Assembly: GCF_018977255.1 (NCBI RefSeq)
Contig: NW_024704877.1
Coordinates: 62,001-126,000 of the forward strand
Source of the DNA: Callorhinchus milii
Lineage: Eukaryota
DNA length: 64,000 bases
Direction of reading: 5' to 3'
The first letter of the stretch is position 1, and every line of letters starts with the position of its first letter. Positions 52,801 through 63,999 of the stretch are shown piece after piece. Below the pieces are notes generated by a model. It was given only the letters and a program-made list of their open reading frames with translations. It was not told where the DNA came from and did not search any database. A program made the position numbers and the translations under genes.

Positions 52801-54604
52801 CTGCCTACTGTTTACCTCGCAGTGAGAAAGAAGCCGGTTGTTGTTGGATAGGCAAATTATTTTCCGGGTACTATAATTCCTCTAAACTAATAATAATAAT
52901 AATATTACAGTCGCGCGATTCGCAACTCTTTGTGAGTCACTGCTATGCCCAATTGGCTGGTTTATTTCAGTCACAAAATGTAGATTTGATTCACTTCAAA
53001 GTGTATTCTGTGAACGTATTGAGACTTCTCGAAGTTGTTTTAAGTCGCTATATCAAATGCATCGAGTATCATTATCAAGTCAATTGACTTTATAAAATGG
53101 AGACAACCAATGTGGTATTGACTTTTCAACACATTTTCATTGTTTTTAGTAATTTAAGGTACTTTTCCCCCGGAAGCGATCCATAAATTGACAAACTAAC
53201 AGTTACTCGTGTCTGCTAGTTTTGCAGAGGCGTGTAGAGTAACTAAACTTGCGCAACGTTTCGGTCTCCATGGGAATCGAAACCCGATCCTCTGAATAGT
53301 GAAGACAGAGCTGTAACCAACATTCTGTAAATTTCGACAAATCCACTTCTTCGAATGCTTTTATTCCATCAGGTTCCCGGGCTCTTAATGGGATACTTCA
53401 GTGGTCAAAATGCATTCCAGTCGCTTTGAGATATCAAATGCAAAGATTAGTATTATTACTGTCATGTCTGGAGACTTTCCAAAGCGATTCGCAAGACTGT
53501 AGATAGGTATATACTGTATATGCGTGTCAATGCGCTTCACAATGCTGTATAAATTGCTGCGTGTGGGGGGGTTTGCATTTAGTGTGTTTTCTGCATTGCA
53601 CATTCTTGCTTAGAGTCGAAAAAGATGACAGTTCGAATGCTTTTTATTGCCGCATTTGCAGTAAACCGTCATAATTTCGCCCGTTGTGCTCAACTGACGG
53701 GTATCAGACAACACCAGCCATCAGGTGCTTTCACCACAGAGACGTGACATCCAGTGAAGAACAACAAATTAAATTTGTGTAGGTGGACATCCCAAGGTGC
53801 TGGTTATGAATTGACAAGAGGAACAGCCTACGAAGAAGACAGAAGCCTTCTTTGAGTTGCACACGGTCAGCTTTTAATATACATTCACGCGACCCCAGTG
53901 TGGATTGCTTCACTAACTGTGGTTTGTTCTCATCGTATCGGCCATGATTTTGTGGGGTCACCTGTATGTCTGACACATGCGAAAACCCAAGAAGATGATT
54001 ACGAATATGCAAACTTAGCTGAGAATTCCATTAAAGCCACTCAGGTATGGGAATAATATAATAATAACCGTTATATTTTTGAATGGTGCCGGTGGTGTCC
54101 AACAGCTCAGTGTTTAGACGAATCGCATCACAAGCGAGAGACTTGGGTTCGACTCCCGGGCAGGGCGAAATATTGGATAAATTTCCTCACTGCATTTGCC
54201 TCTGATTTCCTTGCAGTAAGTAGGAACGCGGTTTTTAATCAATTGGCGAATCGCTTTTTTAAGAGCCAATAATTCCTCAAAAAAAATTGGAGGATGTCTT
54301 TCCCTCAAACAAATATACAATCAATTGACGATGCAGTATATTCTGTGAAGTTTTTCTAAATTTCCCGAAGACATGATGAGGCACTTTATCAAATAAAAAT
54401 ATCATTACTATCATCGTCACGTCTTCGGGAGGTCTCAACGTGTTTCACAAAATTTGTAGCAAACTGAATTAAAGTGTTTAACACGATGCTGATCAAGAAG
54501 TAATTTTGTAGCTTGTCGAACTCTGGCGACCAATGTGCCACAGTACAGCTCTGCCTTCTTGCTTGACGCCAAATTAAATTAATCTTTATTGGAAACGGTG
54601 ATGG

Positions 54605-54710
54605 AAATAAGAATGTGTTGTGTTTTCCATTGGCTTATAATCACGTGAGGCTCAGAGTACTGTGCAGAACCCACTGTCAGTTACTGTGATGCCACAGATA
54701 CTAATATTGA
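54605..54710 (-). pseudogene. Relic V 3' end (family copy 3, partial)
   Basis: SICGITVTDSGFC remnant plus the shared downstream flank. Confidence 0.55.
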
Positions 54711-55209
54711 AGTCCAACTCACCGAATAATAATAACAATTATGCTTGCACTTGGTATCGCGCCATATCATGTCGACAAAACATCGCAACGCAAATCACAG
54801 AATATAGTGTAAAACCAATTCACTGTATATACTGTCTGAGACGTGATAGCCAATTGAGCACAGCAGTGCCCCACATGGAGTCGTGGATTTATTGACCTTT
54901 TTTAAAAAATTAGACGTAAAGGTGTGACGAACACGTGGACGTATTGTAGAAAATAATAAATTATATTTGCAAAGCGAAATAAATCAACAGTAAGTGGACC
55001 TGTAATGCATAACTCGTTTACCAAATGCTGTCTGCATTTATTGTGACAAATAACAATGTGAGCGTTGAGCTGACAAGTTGATGTGAGGTTAATGTGGTTT
55101 CCTCTGAGTCTGGTTATACATACGTCTGCTTCCCGCGGGGCCTCAAGGCCTGAACAAGGTTCCGCACACACTTCAACAGACAGATCATCCCTATGTACAA
55201 AGTGAAGTC

Positions 55210-56219
55210 AGTTTTTGTACGAGACTTGCAGTGCAGTCTATCACTGTGGTGAGTGTGAAGGCACAGTAATACACAGCGCTGTCAGACAACACCAGCTCAG
55301 AGATGGATAAACTGGTGAATGAGTTTGATTTCTGGAGCTCAGCAGAGAAACGATTTTCAAATCCTGCTCCTTTGATGGTATTATCATTGTGACTGTATCT
55401 GCGAATTATAAACTCCGGCTGCTTTTCCTTGTAATGTCGGTACCAGAACAGATAGAAATAGCTTTCAGTCGTGGAATAGCTGCATTCAAAAGTCACCGAC
55501 TCTCCTTCTGTCCTAACCATTGGGGCAGCTTTCTGACTGACAGAGTCCCCACCACAGAGATCTGTAACAAATAAGGAACAGAACGAAAATTTTGCATTCA
55601 GTCTTTGGCAGAGTTAGTTCTCCATCGCCTTGGAGTTCTCCAGAAGCGAAACGCGCTATACACATGAAATTGTTTAATCATGAAATAATATTCATCAATG
55701 TATTTTATATAGCATATTCTCACGTCGTTCAGACGTTTGCAGGTACCACACAGAGCAGATGGTACAGTGAATTGCTGTGTATCTTTGTCGGCGAAATTGG
55801 CACAGCAGTGTTTCACAACCAGTCGTGGAATCGGTATCCGAATTATCATTTAAACTTTTTTAATGCACTGTAGACTCTGGAAAAGAGCTTCGCCGTTCCA
55901 ACAGAAACGCTTGAATTCAGAAACTATTATTATTTGGACAGGTGTTTAGCCCCACTTTCTAAAACAACGGAGATCCCATTAATGCAGATAAACAGAGCCG
56001 GACGTTTCGAGTAAGGAAACTTGCACAAGTTTCAACCTGTCCGGGAGTCGAACCCAGGTCCTCTCGCTTGCGAGGCGAGTGCACTCTCCACCGAGATACA
56101 GGACTCCACCAATTGTTGCTGAAATGGACTCGACAATCAGCAGCGACGCTGAATCAGCTCAACACGGCCTCACCTGACATAAAGGTTCCCAGCACCAGAC
56201 AGACAGCAAACAGACTCAT
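55210..56219 (-). CDS. Apparently functional TCR alpha/delta V gene segment (leader + V + 23-RSS)
   Basis: Leader 56174-56219 reads MSLFAVCLVLGTFMS with a GTGAGG donor. V exon 55249-55561 reads DSVSQK...FECSYS...WYRHYKEKQPEFII...DSAVYYCAFTL. RSS is CACAGTG-23-ACAAAAACT. Confidence 0.92.
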
Positions 56220-56299
56220 TGCTACTCTTTAGTCTGTGTGGAAGTGTCTGTGGCATCAGTTTGGTGATAACCCGCAGTGATTGTCGGCATTGGCGGAGC

Positions 56300-56330
56300 C
56301 ACAGTCTCACGTCACCTCATTGGCATCTCA
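56300..56330 (-). promoter_or_regulatory. CRE-like TGACGTGA plus CCAAT motif upstream of the V leader; paralogous copy at 51936-51952
   Basis: TGACGTGA at 56307-56314 and CCAAT at 56319-56323, ~90 bp upstream of the ATG; conserved in the duplicate. Confidence 0.45.
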
Positions 56331-56929
56331 GCCGCGTTTCAATACAACAACCAATTGCTTTTATACAACGGCTTTCACCAGTCACTGGGGGCAGGGAATC
56401 CTCCCACTCAGCTCTTGTTAATCCTGCAAGATAAAGTTCTAACGAGAAAGATGGTGATAGCTGGACGAACAGCGGAAAAGCTTGCTATTCAGCGATGTCA
56501 ATTGCAAACTACGTGTTTTAATTAGTTGGACTCCAGCGGATACACATCGCAAACTCAGAGGTCACCAAGCCTTGGTTCCTGCCAACCAGCAGCTAATAAT
56601 CTCCGGAATTGGTAAAGCAAGACGTGTCTCTCCAGGCAGAGAGTTGCATTCCTTTCCGACAACCAATCTCTGGCATTTCCAAGTATAGGTGGGATACATG
56701 AGAATCTCAGCTTGGTTTGGAGACTCTTAAGAATGGTAAAGACATCTGTGGACCACCCCAAAATAAAACACTTGAAAAATGTGTAATGTCTACATTTTCG
56801 TTAACAAAATCATTCAGCATCATGATTTGGTAAATAATAGTAACTTGTCGCCCTCTAGAGACCACTGGGCCATAGCTAAACCTTGCCTTCATATTTGATG
56901 CCAAACTTGAAGTAAAGCAATGATTGTAC

Positions 56930-57400
56930 TAATAATGTGTTGAGGTTCCCAGTGGCTTATATCACCTGAGGCTCAGAGTACAGTAACACACCCCGCTGTC
57001 AGTCACTGTGACGGTACAAATAATGAAGCCCCAACTCCCACACACTAAATCCTCGCCTCACAATTATGTTGAGCTGTTCTGAGCCCCAAAGGGCAATTTG
57101 CAAGTGTAATAGTTCACATTGCAATACTGAATATTGCCACTGGCAATAATGGCTCACTTAATTTTTTCCTTCATGGGCTGACAACCAGGATCCTACGTGA
57201 TGTCCAATATTTTGCCCTGGCAGGAATCGAACCCGGGTCTCTCGCTTCCAAAGCGAAAGTTTTAAAAACCGAGTTGCATGACTCCACTAATAAAAGCTAT
57301 GCAATCAATGTTGATATTTGACTGAAACGTTGCCTATCTGCCCTAAATGATTACCTATCAGGAAAGCAGCGAGCGTCACCCAGAACATAAAGTGCCCCAT
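56930..57400 (-). pseudogene. Relic V (family copy 4) with surviving leader exon
   Basis: TVTDSGVCYCTLSL remnant at ~56965-57020; leader 57355-57400 reads MGHFMFWVTLAAFLI; a SINE fragment lies between them. Confidence 0.65.
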
Positions 57401-58711
57401 CGTCTGAGCTTTATCTGCAGATGCCCATTGATCACCTGTAAGATATGTGTGGTGATTGGCACCAGTCCACAGAGTTATGACGTGTGCTTTCATTTACACC
57501 GTCCAATAGGTTAAGTGTAAAACATCCACCAGATCAGAAACAAAGTCCAATAAATTATTTTCATTTGATTAGAAACATACATCCATAGGTTCCTGGAATA
57601 TAACATAAAAGATGAAGGCCATTCTGCCCTTCGAACCTGTGCTATGCCATCAAAGATTTTTCGGGGTTTAAAATTCCTTGAAGAAAACTGAAATCGAAAA
57701 TTGCAAACTTATTCTATGACTGTTTGTGGAACACCGCTGTGCCAAATTGCCTGCTGGACTTAGCCCACAAAATATACAGACAATTCACTTTATAGTGTAT
57801 AACGTGAAGCGTTTTATGAGGCAGTGATTGATAAAGCGCTATGTCAAGTGCAAGCATTATTTATTTTTTAAGTGTATTGATATTCAATTTCCAATTTAAA
57901 CTTGAATTTCCTGTGTGACCCGTGAAGATAATGTGAAAGACTTAAGCAATCAAATCTACTCCCCCATTATTTCCCAATAGCCCTGTATTATTTTCCTATG
58001 TAAGTCCCTTTCCAATTCCCTTTTGAAAGCTTCTACCGAATCTGGTTCCAACAGACTTTCAGTGCATTCAGTGCATTTTGAAGAGTAAAATGTCTGCCAG
58101 TTTAAAAATGCCGCCTCAGCTCTCCTCCAGATATTTTGCCAATTATCTTCAATCTGCAAAATAAATTCAGCAGCAGCTGTACACATAAAATATATAAACG
58201 AAGTGTTACACGGGATATCCGTTAAGAGGTTGGACTGAAAGGTAATACACGTTTAAATCATGTTTCATTCAAAAAACATTAATGCCAACAAACCATGTTG
58301 CTGAAGTCTGTACATTTAACCTTCAATGACTCCAATGACCTGGAACTGTGTGGCCAAAGGTGCAAAGATATTGAGAAAGTGGGAAATCTCAGATTGTTGC
58401 GCATAATATAATGTGAAGAGTCGTGACTGTAGCTTTAAGTCAACTCACAATCAATTCACGTCAGAGGGTATCCTGTATAGCGCTTTGAGAATACTGGAAC
58501 ACCAGATAAGATGCTATATTAAATGTAAGGATGATTATTATTTATTTCACTCTTTCCCTACATGAAACATTCCATCACATTTTGCATTTGGTTGGCAGTT
58601 AGTCAGGTGTTTCCCATGAGAGGCACAGTAGCAAAGTCACAAACTCTCAAGTAGGTCAACTGTCAGGAAAAACATCTGTGCTGAGATGAAACCCTTTCTC
58701 TCCTCTTTGGA

Positions 58712-58970
58712 GGATTTGGTACAGTGGTGTAGTCTGACAGTAACACTGTGAGTGTGTTATTGCAGGGTAATGGTTGGTGGTAGATTTGGCGTTAAAAGTT
58801 GAGTTGCAACTTCAGCACAGAAAGTGTCCCCATCATAATCATGTCTCCGCGTGTACAGATGAGGCTCCCTGGATACTGACTCTATCAGAACATTAAAGCA
58901 TTCTTGAAATCAGCAGATTAGGTGCAGCTCAGGGTGACAATCTGGACCTCAGTAACAGACACTTCCATTG
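58712..58970 (-). pseudogene. Truncated TCR V pseudogene (VSVKPS family)
   Basis: Internally deleted paralog of the 40.6 kb V; heptamer at 58744-58750. Confidence 0.7.
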
Positions 58971-59874
58971 TGATTTGGAATAAATGATTATCGAGAATTT
59001 ATCTGCTGTAAGCTACATAATAATAATCATTGCATTTGATGGAGTCAATGTGTGTTTTCTGCAGGAGTGCACAGCAGTGTCCCACGAACAGACGTGTATT
59101 GAGTGACCAAGCAATTATTATTTAACCTATCAGTGAAAACATCTATATTAATCGCAAGGATTAATTTGTAATAATACCAACTTCTTTAATGCAGGGGTTA
59201 CTGTCTCGGAAAATGATCCGACAGTCGACTAACAAACGGGTTCGTACTCACAGCTAAGAAAGCAGAAGTGTTTGTGGATTGAGGACACTTGCCCAAAATT
59301 TCTCCCAGCCTGGGATTCGATCCCAGGTCCTCTCGCTTGCGAGGCGAGTTATCTAACCACTGAGGCACTGGACTCCACTGACAGTAAAATATCATATATT
59401 TTTTAATTATTATTAATTATTGAGACTTGGTTCATATTATTACATTACTGACCGCAATCCTAAATATTTTTTAAGCTCCTCTTTCACTCTAAAAGCAAAC
59501 TGTTCGTTGCGACGATTTTACTACGAAATACAATTAAATTTACATCGTAATCTCGTAAGCGCATTGGGACGTCTCAATTAATTGATACGCCATGACACCA
59601 AACACAACGACTACCACATTTTTATTTGGTTTTTATTAACGTAATTATTAACATCTGTAACAAGCTAATCAGCTAAATTCCGATAAAGTTGCATCACTAT
59701 CTAATATCTGTTGGTGAAAAATAAACAAATATACACCGAATAAAGTTTCACATATTTTAAATGACTTGATATGAGCTCAATGAGGTGTAAGGCACGGTGG
59801 CAGTTGGGAGATGGTCCGTTACACCGTATGTCACTGACTGTACTGTGTTGTTTTCCAGATTTGGTTGTGATGAG

Positions 59875-60215
59875 GGTTATTGTACGAGTCTTCCTATGAT
59901 GTGTTTCACTGTGGTGCAGACTGAGTGCACAGTGATACATAGCGGAGTCTGTCAGCCGCAGGCCGGCGATGGTTAAAACGCTGATTTTCTTGGCAGTGTC
60001 AAGAGAAACAGAAATGTGATCTCCAGTGGGGTTTCCTCCCTCTCCTGAGGGGTTTCTGTGGAGCAGGTATTTCAGTCCCTCGCCAGGGGACTGACGGTAC
60101 CAGGAGACGCTGAAATCCTGTCCACAGAATCCTGAGTATTGGCAATGTAAATTTATCCTCTCACCAGCAAAAGCAGTTTGTTCAGACGGTGACTGAGAAA
60201 CTGTAAAACTTGATG
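59875..60215 (-). CDS. NAR-TCR supporting V-delta 2 (leaderless, CDR1 Cys), open, 23-RSS
   Basis: Exon 59914-60215 reads ...LHCQYSGFCGQDFSVSWYRQ...DSAMYHCALSL; RSS CACAGTG-23-ACAATAACC. Confidence 0.9.
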
Positions 60216-62478
60216 CTGCGGAATGCAAATTGCAGGTTACTTAGAATCATGGAATTATGGAAATTTGCAGCACAGAAGGAGGACGTTCGGCCCTTCTTGT
60301 CTGTATCGGCTCTTTGAAATGAGCTATTCAATTGAATCCCACTCCCCCGCTCTTGTCACAGAACCCTGTATCATTCCTTCTGATGCATTTATCCCATTCC
60401 CTTCCGAAATTTATTATCGTATCTGTTTCCGCCATTCTTTCAGGCAGTGCATTGCAGTCAGTAGCAAATATCATCTGAAATAAAATTCACCTCCACTCCC
60501 CTCTGATCCTTTGATCAATTATCTTAAACTTGTGTTTCTGGGTACTGACCCACTTGAGTAAGGAAACAGTTTCTCATTCTCTACTCCATAAAAAAAGCTC
60601 TCACAAGTTTCAAAACTGACATTATTTCACCAGTAAATCTTCGATGCTCTGAGGAGAACATTTTCTGGCAGTTTTGCCTTCATACACATGAATCCTCTCT
60701 TCCCCCCAGAAATCATTCTGGAAAATTTCCTTTTCTCCCTGCCCAATGCTTGGAAATTCTTTATCCTAAACGTAAGGATGCTTTTAGTAACAATGATAGA
60801 AATAGCAGATGATTGCATTAAAATAGCGAGCTCTTGGAAATGGATCATTTTAATTAAGCTTTGTTTGTCTAATCTTATACTTGTTGCTTTGGTGAAGTCC
60901 ACATTGTGGCTTTGGTTGTCTGCGATCATGGGAATGTTTAGCAGAGAATCAGGTGTCTGTTTGTACCGTTAACTCAGTGGGTTTACAGTTGAGGCAAATG
61001 GAAAGTTTCCTGCTGTAAATGTCGTTTCTTTAACATCGCTGCTGGAGAAGGTTTAGTCTCTGGCTTGTTGCCAATATCAGTTGCTCTCATTCAGTGAACA
61101 TCTCAATTCAGTTTCTCTTGTACCAGATGGAAATTGCCTTTTGTCTGTCCCTCTCTTTCTCCCTTTCTTTCTAACTTTTTGATATTTTCATCTTTTTTTC
61201 TTTCGGTCGTTTCTTCCATGGAATTTCTTTCTTTTAGGAGTCGCCTCAATGCACTTGTGTGTGAAGTTACGTGCAATCTGTCTTTCTTTCTCTTTCTTTG
61301 CCTGTCCCTTGACATAATGCCGGGCATTCAGGATTTCTGCCACCACAGTGTCTCCCAATCCCTGAGTCTCAACCCATCCCTTGCCTCTTTCAAGGGCCTG
61401 ACTCACCTTACACTCCACCTCACTTGATTGCAACCTCCAAGCTCGGATGTGCAGCGCATTGAGTCTTATACAATTATTTCAAATAAGGATAAGAGTACTG
61501 TGTTGGTCACTCAAACCATAAGTTTTTGTGGGACACTGCAGTGTGCAGTTGGCTACCACTTTTAGCCCACAAAATATACAGTCAAATTACTTAGCAGGAT
61601 TTTTTGTGAAGAACTTGGAGTCGTGTCAATTACGTGATAAGGCGCTGTATCAAACGCAAGGATCATTATTATCAAAGGCCCTGAATAATGCAGCACGATG
61701 TTCCTGCTTTATTTTCCTTTTATTCATTATACTTTTTTTCTGTCATTGTGTGTTCTTTCTTTCTACCGCTTTCTTATTCACTTTGTTACCTTCCTTGTTG
61801 TCTCCTAGTTTATCAGGCTATCAGTCTGCTTATTTAGTGTGAATTTTTCTGTGCACGATATTGGAATAATCAGTTCTAAATTATGTTTAACATCATTCAA
61901 GACATGAAAATGACCAAAAGCTCTTCACTGATTATATTACATAAGCTACGTGATGGTGATTGAAGGCCACATCAATACACCACATGACAAGCTTTGCACT
62001 TGAGCATTAGCTCAAGGTCGACTTGTTCAATATCCCGTTGTGTGCCCTGAACACATAACATTTAAACTCTGAATGCAGTGTCTGCAACTTAACAGCCAAA
62101 GCCTCCAAAACCCTGTTTGTTACGCAGTATAAATTGTCGTCACAATTTTTTATTGTTATTTAATGTGACTTTAGTGAAGAAAAATTATATTCCTTTCTAC
62201 CAGATTTTGCACAATGTAAATCATTTGCATCAATGGATATTTGTTTGCCTTTGGTGTATAATGATACCGGGTTCCGCTGTTATAAGCGGTGCCCGGGAAT
62301 ACTGCAGATCCGTCTGGCTCAGAAACTGGAATAGAGACAGTCGCACTGAGTGGACATAACCCTACATCCTGTGGCCAAACATGTCACCTTGGTTCTTGCA
62401 ATGAATCCCATTAATGCATTAGAAAATTCACAGCAATTATTTTTTTTTTTAATTCATTTTCAAATTGTTCTCACTTAC

Positions 62479-62829
62479 TTTTTGTTACAGTTACTGCGGT
62501 TCCTGTTCCATCTTTAGTTTTCTCTCTTTTTCCCACAGCGCAGCGATTTGCATCATATCGAGCTCTACAGTAATATTTTCCGCCGTCTTGAACTTCCAAG
62601 TCATTGATTTCTAGAGAAAATGAAGCCGATTCCTTATCTGCTTTTACAACAAATCGACCATCTACCGGGATCGACACCAACTGTGTCCCTTTTCCAATCT
62701 GTCTGAAAAATTCCATACTCTTGAAAGTCTCACCAGATACGGCTTCAAAGACACATCGAGTGGATACGGATCCGCATTCTTCTCTCGTAAGAGAGGTTGG
62801 TGTCTGCTTTACTGAGACACCGGCACCAT
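62479..62829 (-). CDS. Germline-joined NAR-type V(D)J exon, open frame, no RSS, no leader found
   Basis: A 351-nt phase-1/phase-1 exon: DGAGVSVKQTPTSLTREECGSVSTRCVF...DGGKYYCRARYDANRCAVGKREKTKDGTGTAVTVTK followed by a GTAAGT donor. Confidence 0.88.
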
Positions 62830-63936
62830 CTGAAATATATACACAACATTTTAAAAAACATTAACTTTCTCTACTCCAAACCAAAGTGAATCCCAAGATT
62901 CGCTTGAATTTGTTTGATATTTCACATTGTAAATCTGATAGTTAGAGCCTCGGGACGACCTCCAGGTGAGAAAGGCACTACGTAAACGCCATTTATAGTT
63001 GTTAACTCCAGGGTAACAGTACAATTTAAATCTGCGCTTTTGAACTGATAATATATTAAAGAGGCACAATTCGTAACCTGGTTACTATTCGCTTGCTGTT
63101 TTTTGTCCTCTCTTTGTATGTTGGGTAACAAAGGATAAAATTGTATTTTAATGGGCAAGGCTATGGGGAAAGGCAGTGATTATTCAGCTCTTCCAAATGG
63201 TCTGACATTCTGTGCTGTAATATTCAGTGATTCAATGATTTCATTTTGCTCAACAGGGTATCTGAAATAGGCCAGAAGCCATCAGGAAGCTTAACAGTAC
63301 CAAAACCAAACTACGGTTCCTGTGCCTTTCTAACAATATGACCCCAGAATTCACACAATTTCCCCCCATGAGAAGCACCCTGCAAAGCTTGTCATTGAAA
63401 ACAATGTCTTGCGAACTATTCATCTGCTTGTCCACCTTGCAAAACTGTACACTTCATTGCAACTTTTTCTTGCACGGTTAATCGTAGCGCAGTGAAAAAA
63501 GACTATATCCCCAGTTACTGGACTGCTCTCACAAATCATGTAACCTTGGAGCCAATTCAGTTCCGAGGCGTTCACCTTTTTACTCCGCTCGGGAGGATAG
63601 AGGGCATTTCTATTTGGTAGAGGCTACATGAATTGTTTACGTCCATTAAATTGAAATAGGTCCTCTGCGCATATTCAGCTAGAGACGATGTCCAGCCAAA
63701 GTCGGTGACTTGACATAACACGGAAATGAAAGCAGCTAATTTGAGAAGCAAGCTTCACAGTGGAAGCTGAATAATGTTTGCCACATTATAAACATTCTTT
63801 GTTTAAGATTGCTCAAGTGTATTGCTAAAATGGCACAGTGGCATACAATTCGGAGCAATCAGTTCGAAAAATGGATTTTACAAATTATCTAGAATAAAAT
63901 TTAATTGCAATTCGATAGTATTTTTTTCTCACTCAC

Positions 63937-63999
63937 ATTTCGTTACAGTCACTTTGGTTCCTGTTCCATCTTCTGTGTATTCATTATAATACCACAGTC
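63937..63999 (-). other. NAR-TCR J segment 2 (unrearranged; heptamer at window edge)
   Basis: J 63937-63992 reads YYNEYTEDGTGTKVTVTK with a phase-1 GTGAGT donor; heptamer GACTGTG at 63993-63999; same 56-nt length as J1. Confidence 0.88.

Noticed and set aside
53731-54012. 93-aa ORF within the V array
   Set aside because: No V-set motifs (Cys, WYRQ, YYC) or RSS in any frame I could read.
62534-62540. Heptamer-like CGCTGTG inside the joined CDR3, 21 nt before the J DG motif
   Set aside because: No nonamer at 12 or 23 bp, so it is not a working RSS. It could be a J-heptamer remnant if the fusion was a non-RAG deletion, and is kept only as an alternative origin.
63250-63435. Hydrophobic ORF (SLVLVLLSFLMASGLF) as leader for the joined NAR exon
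   Set aside because: No GT donor follows the hydrophobic stretch, no ATG lies at leader distance from it, and it has no similarity to the real NAR leader at 45548-45590.
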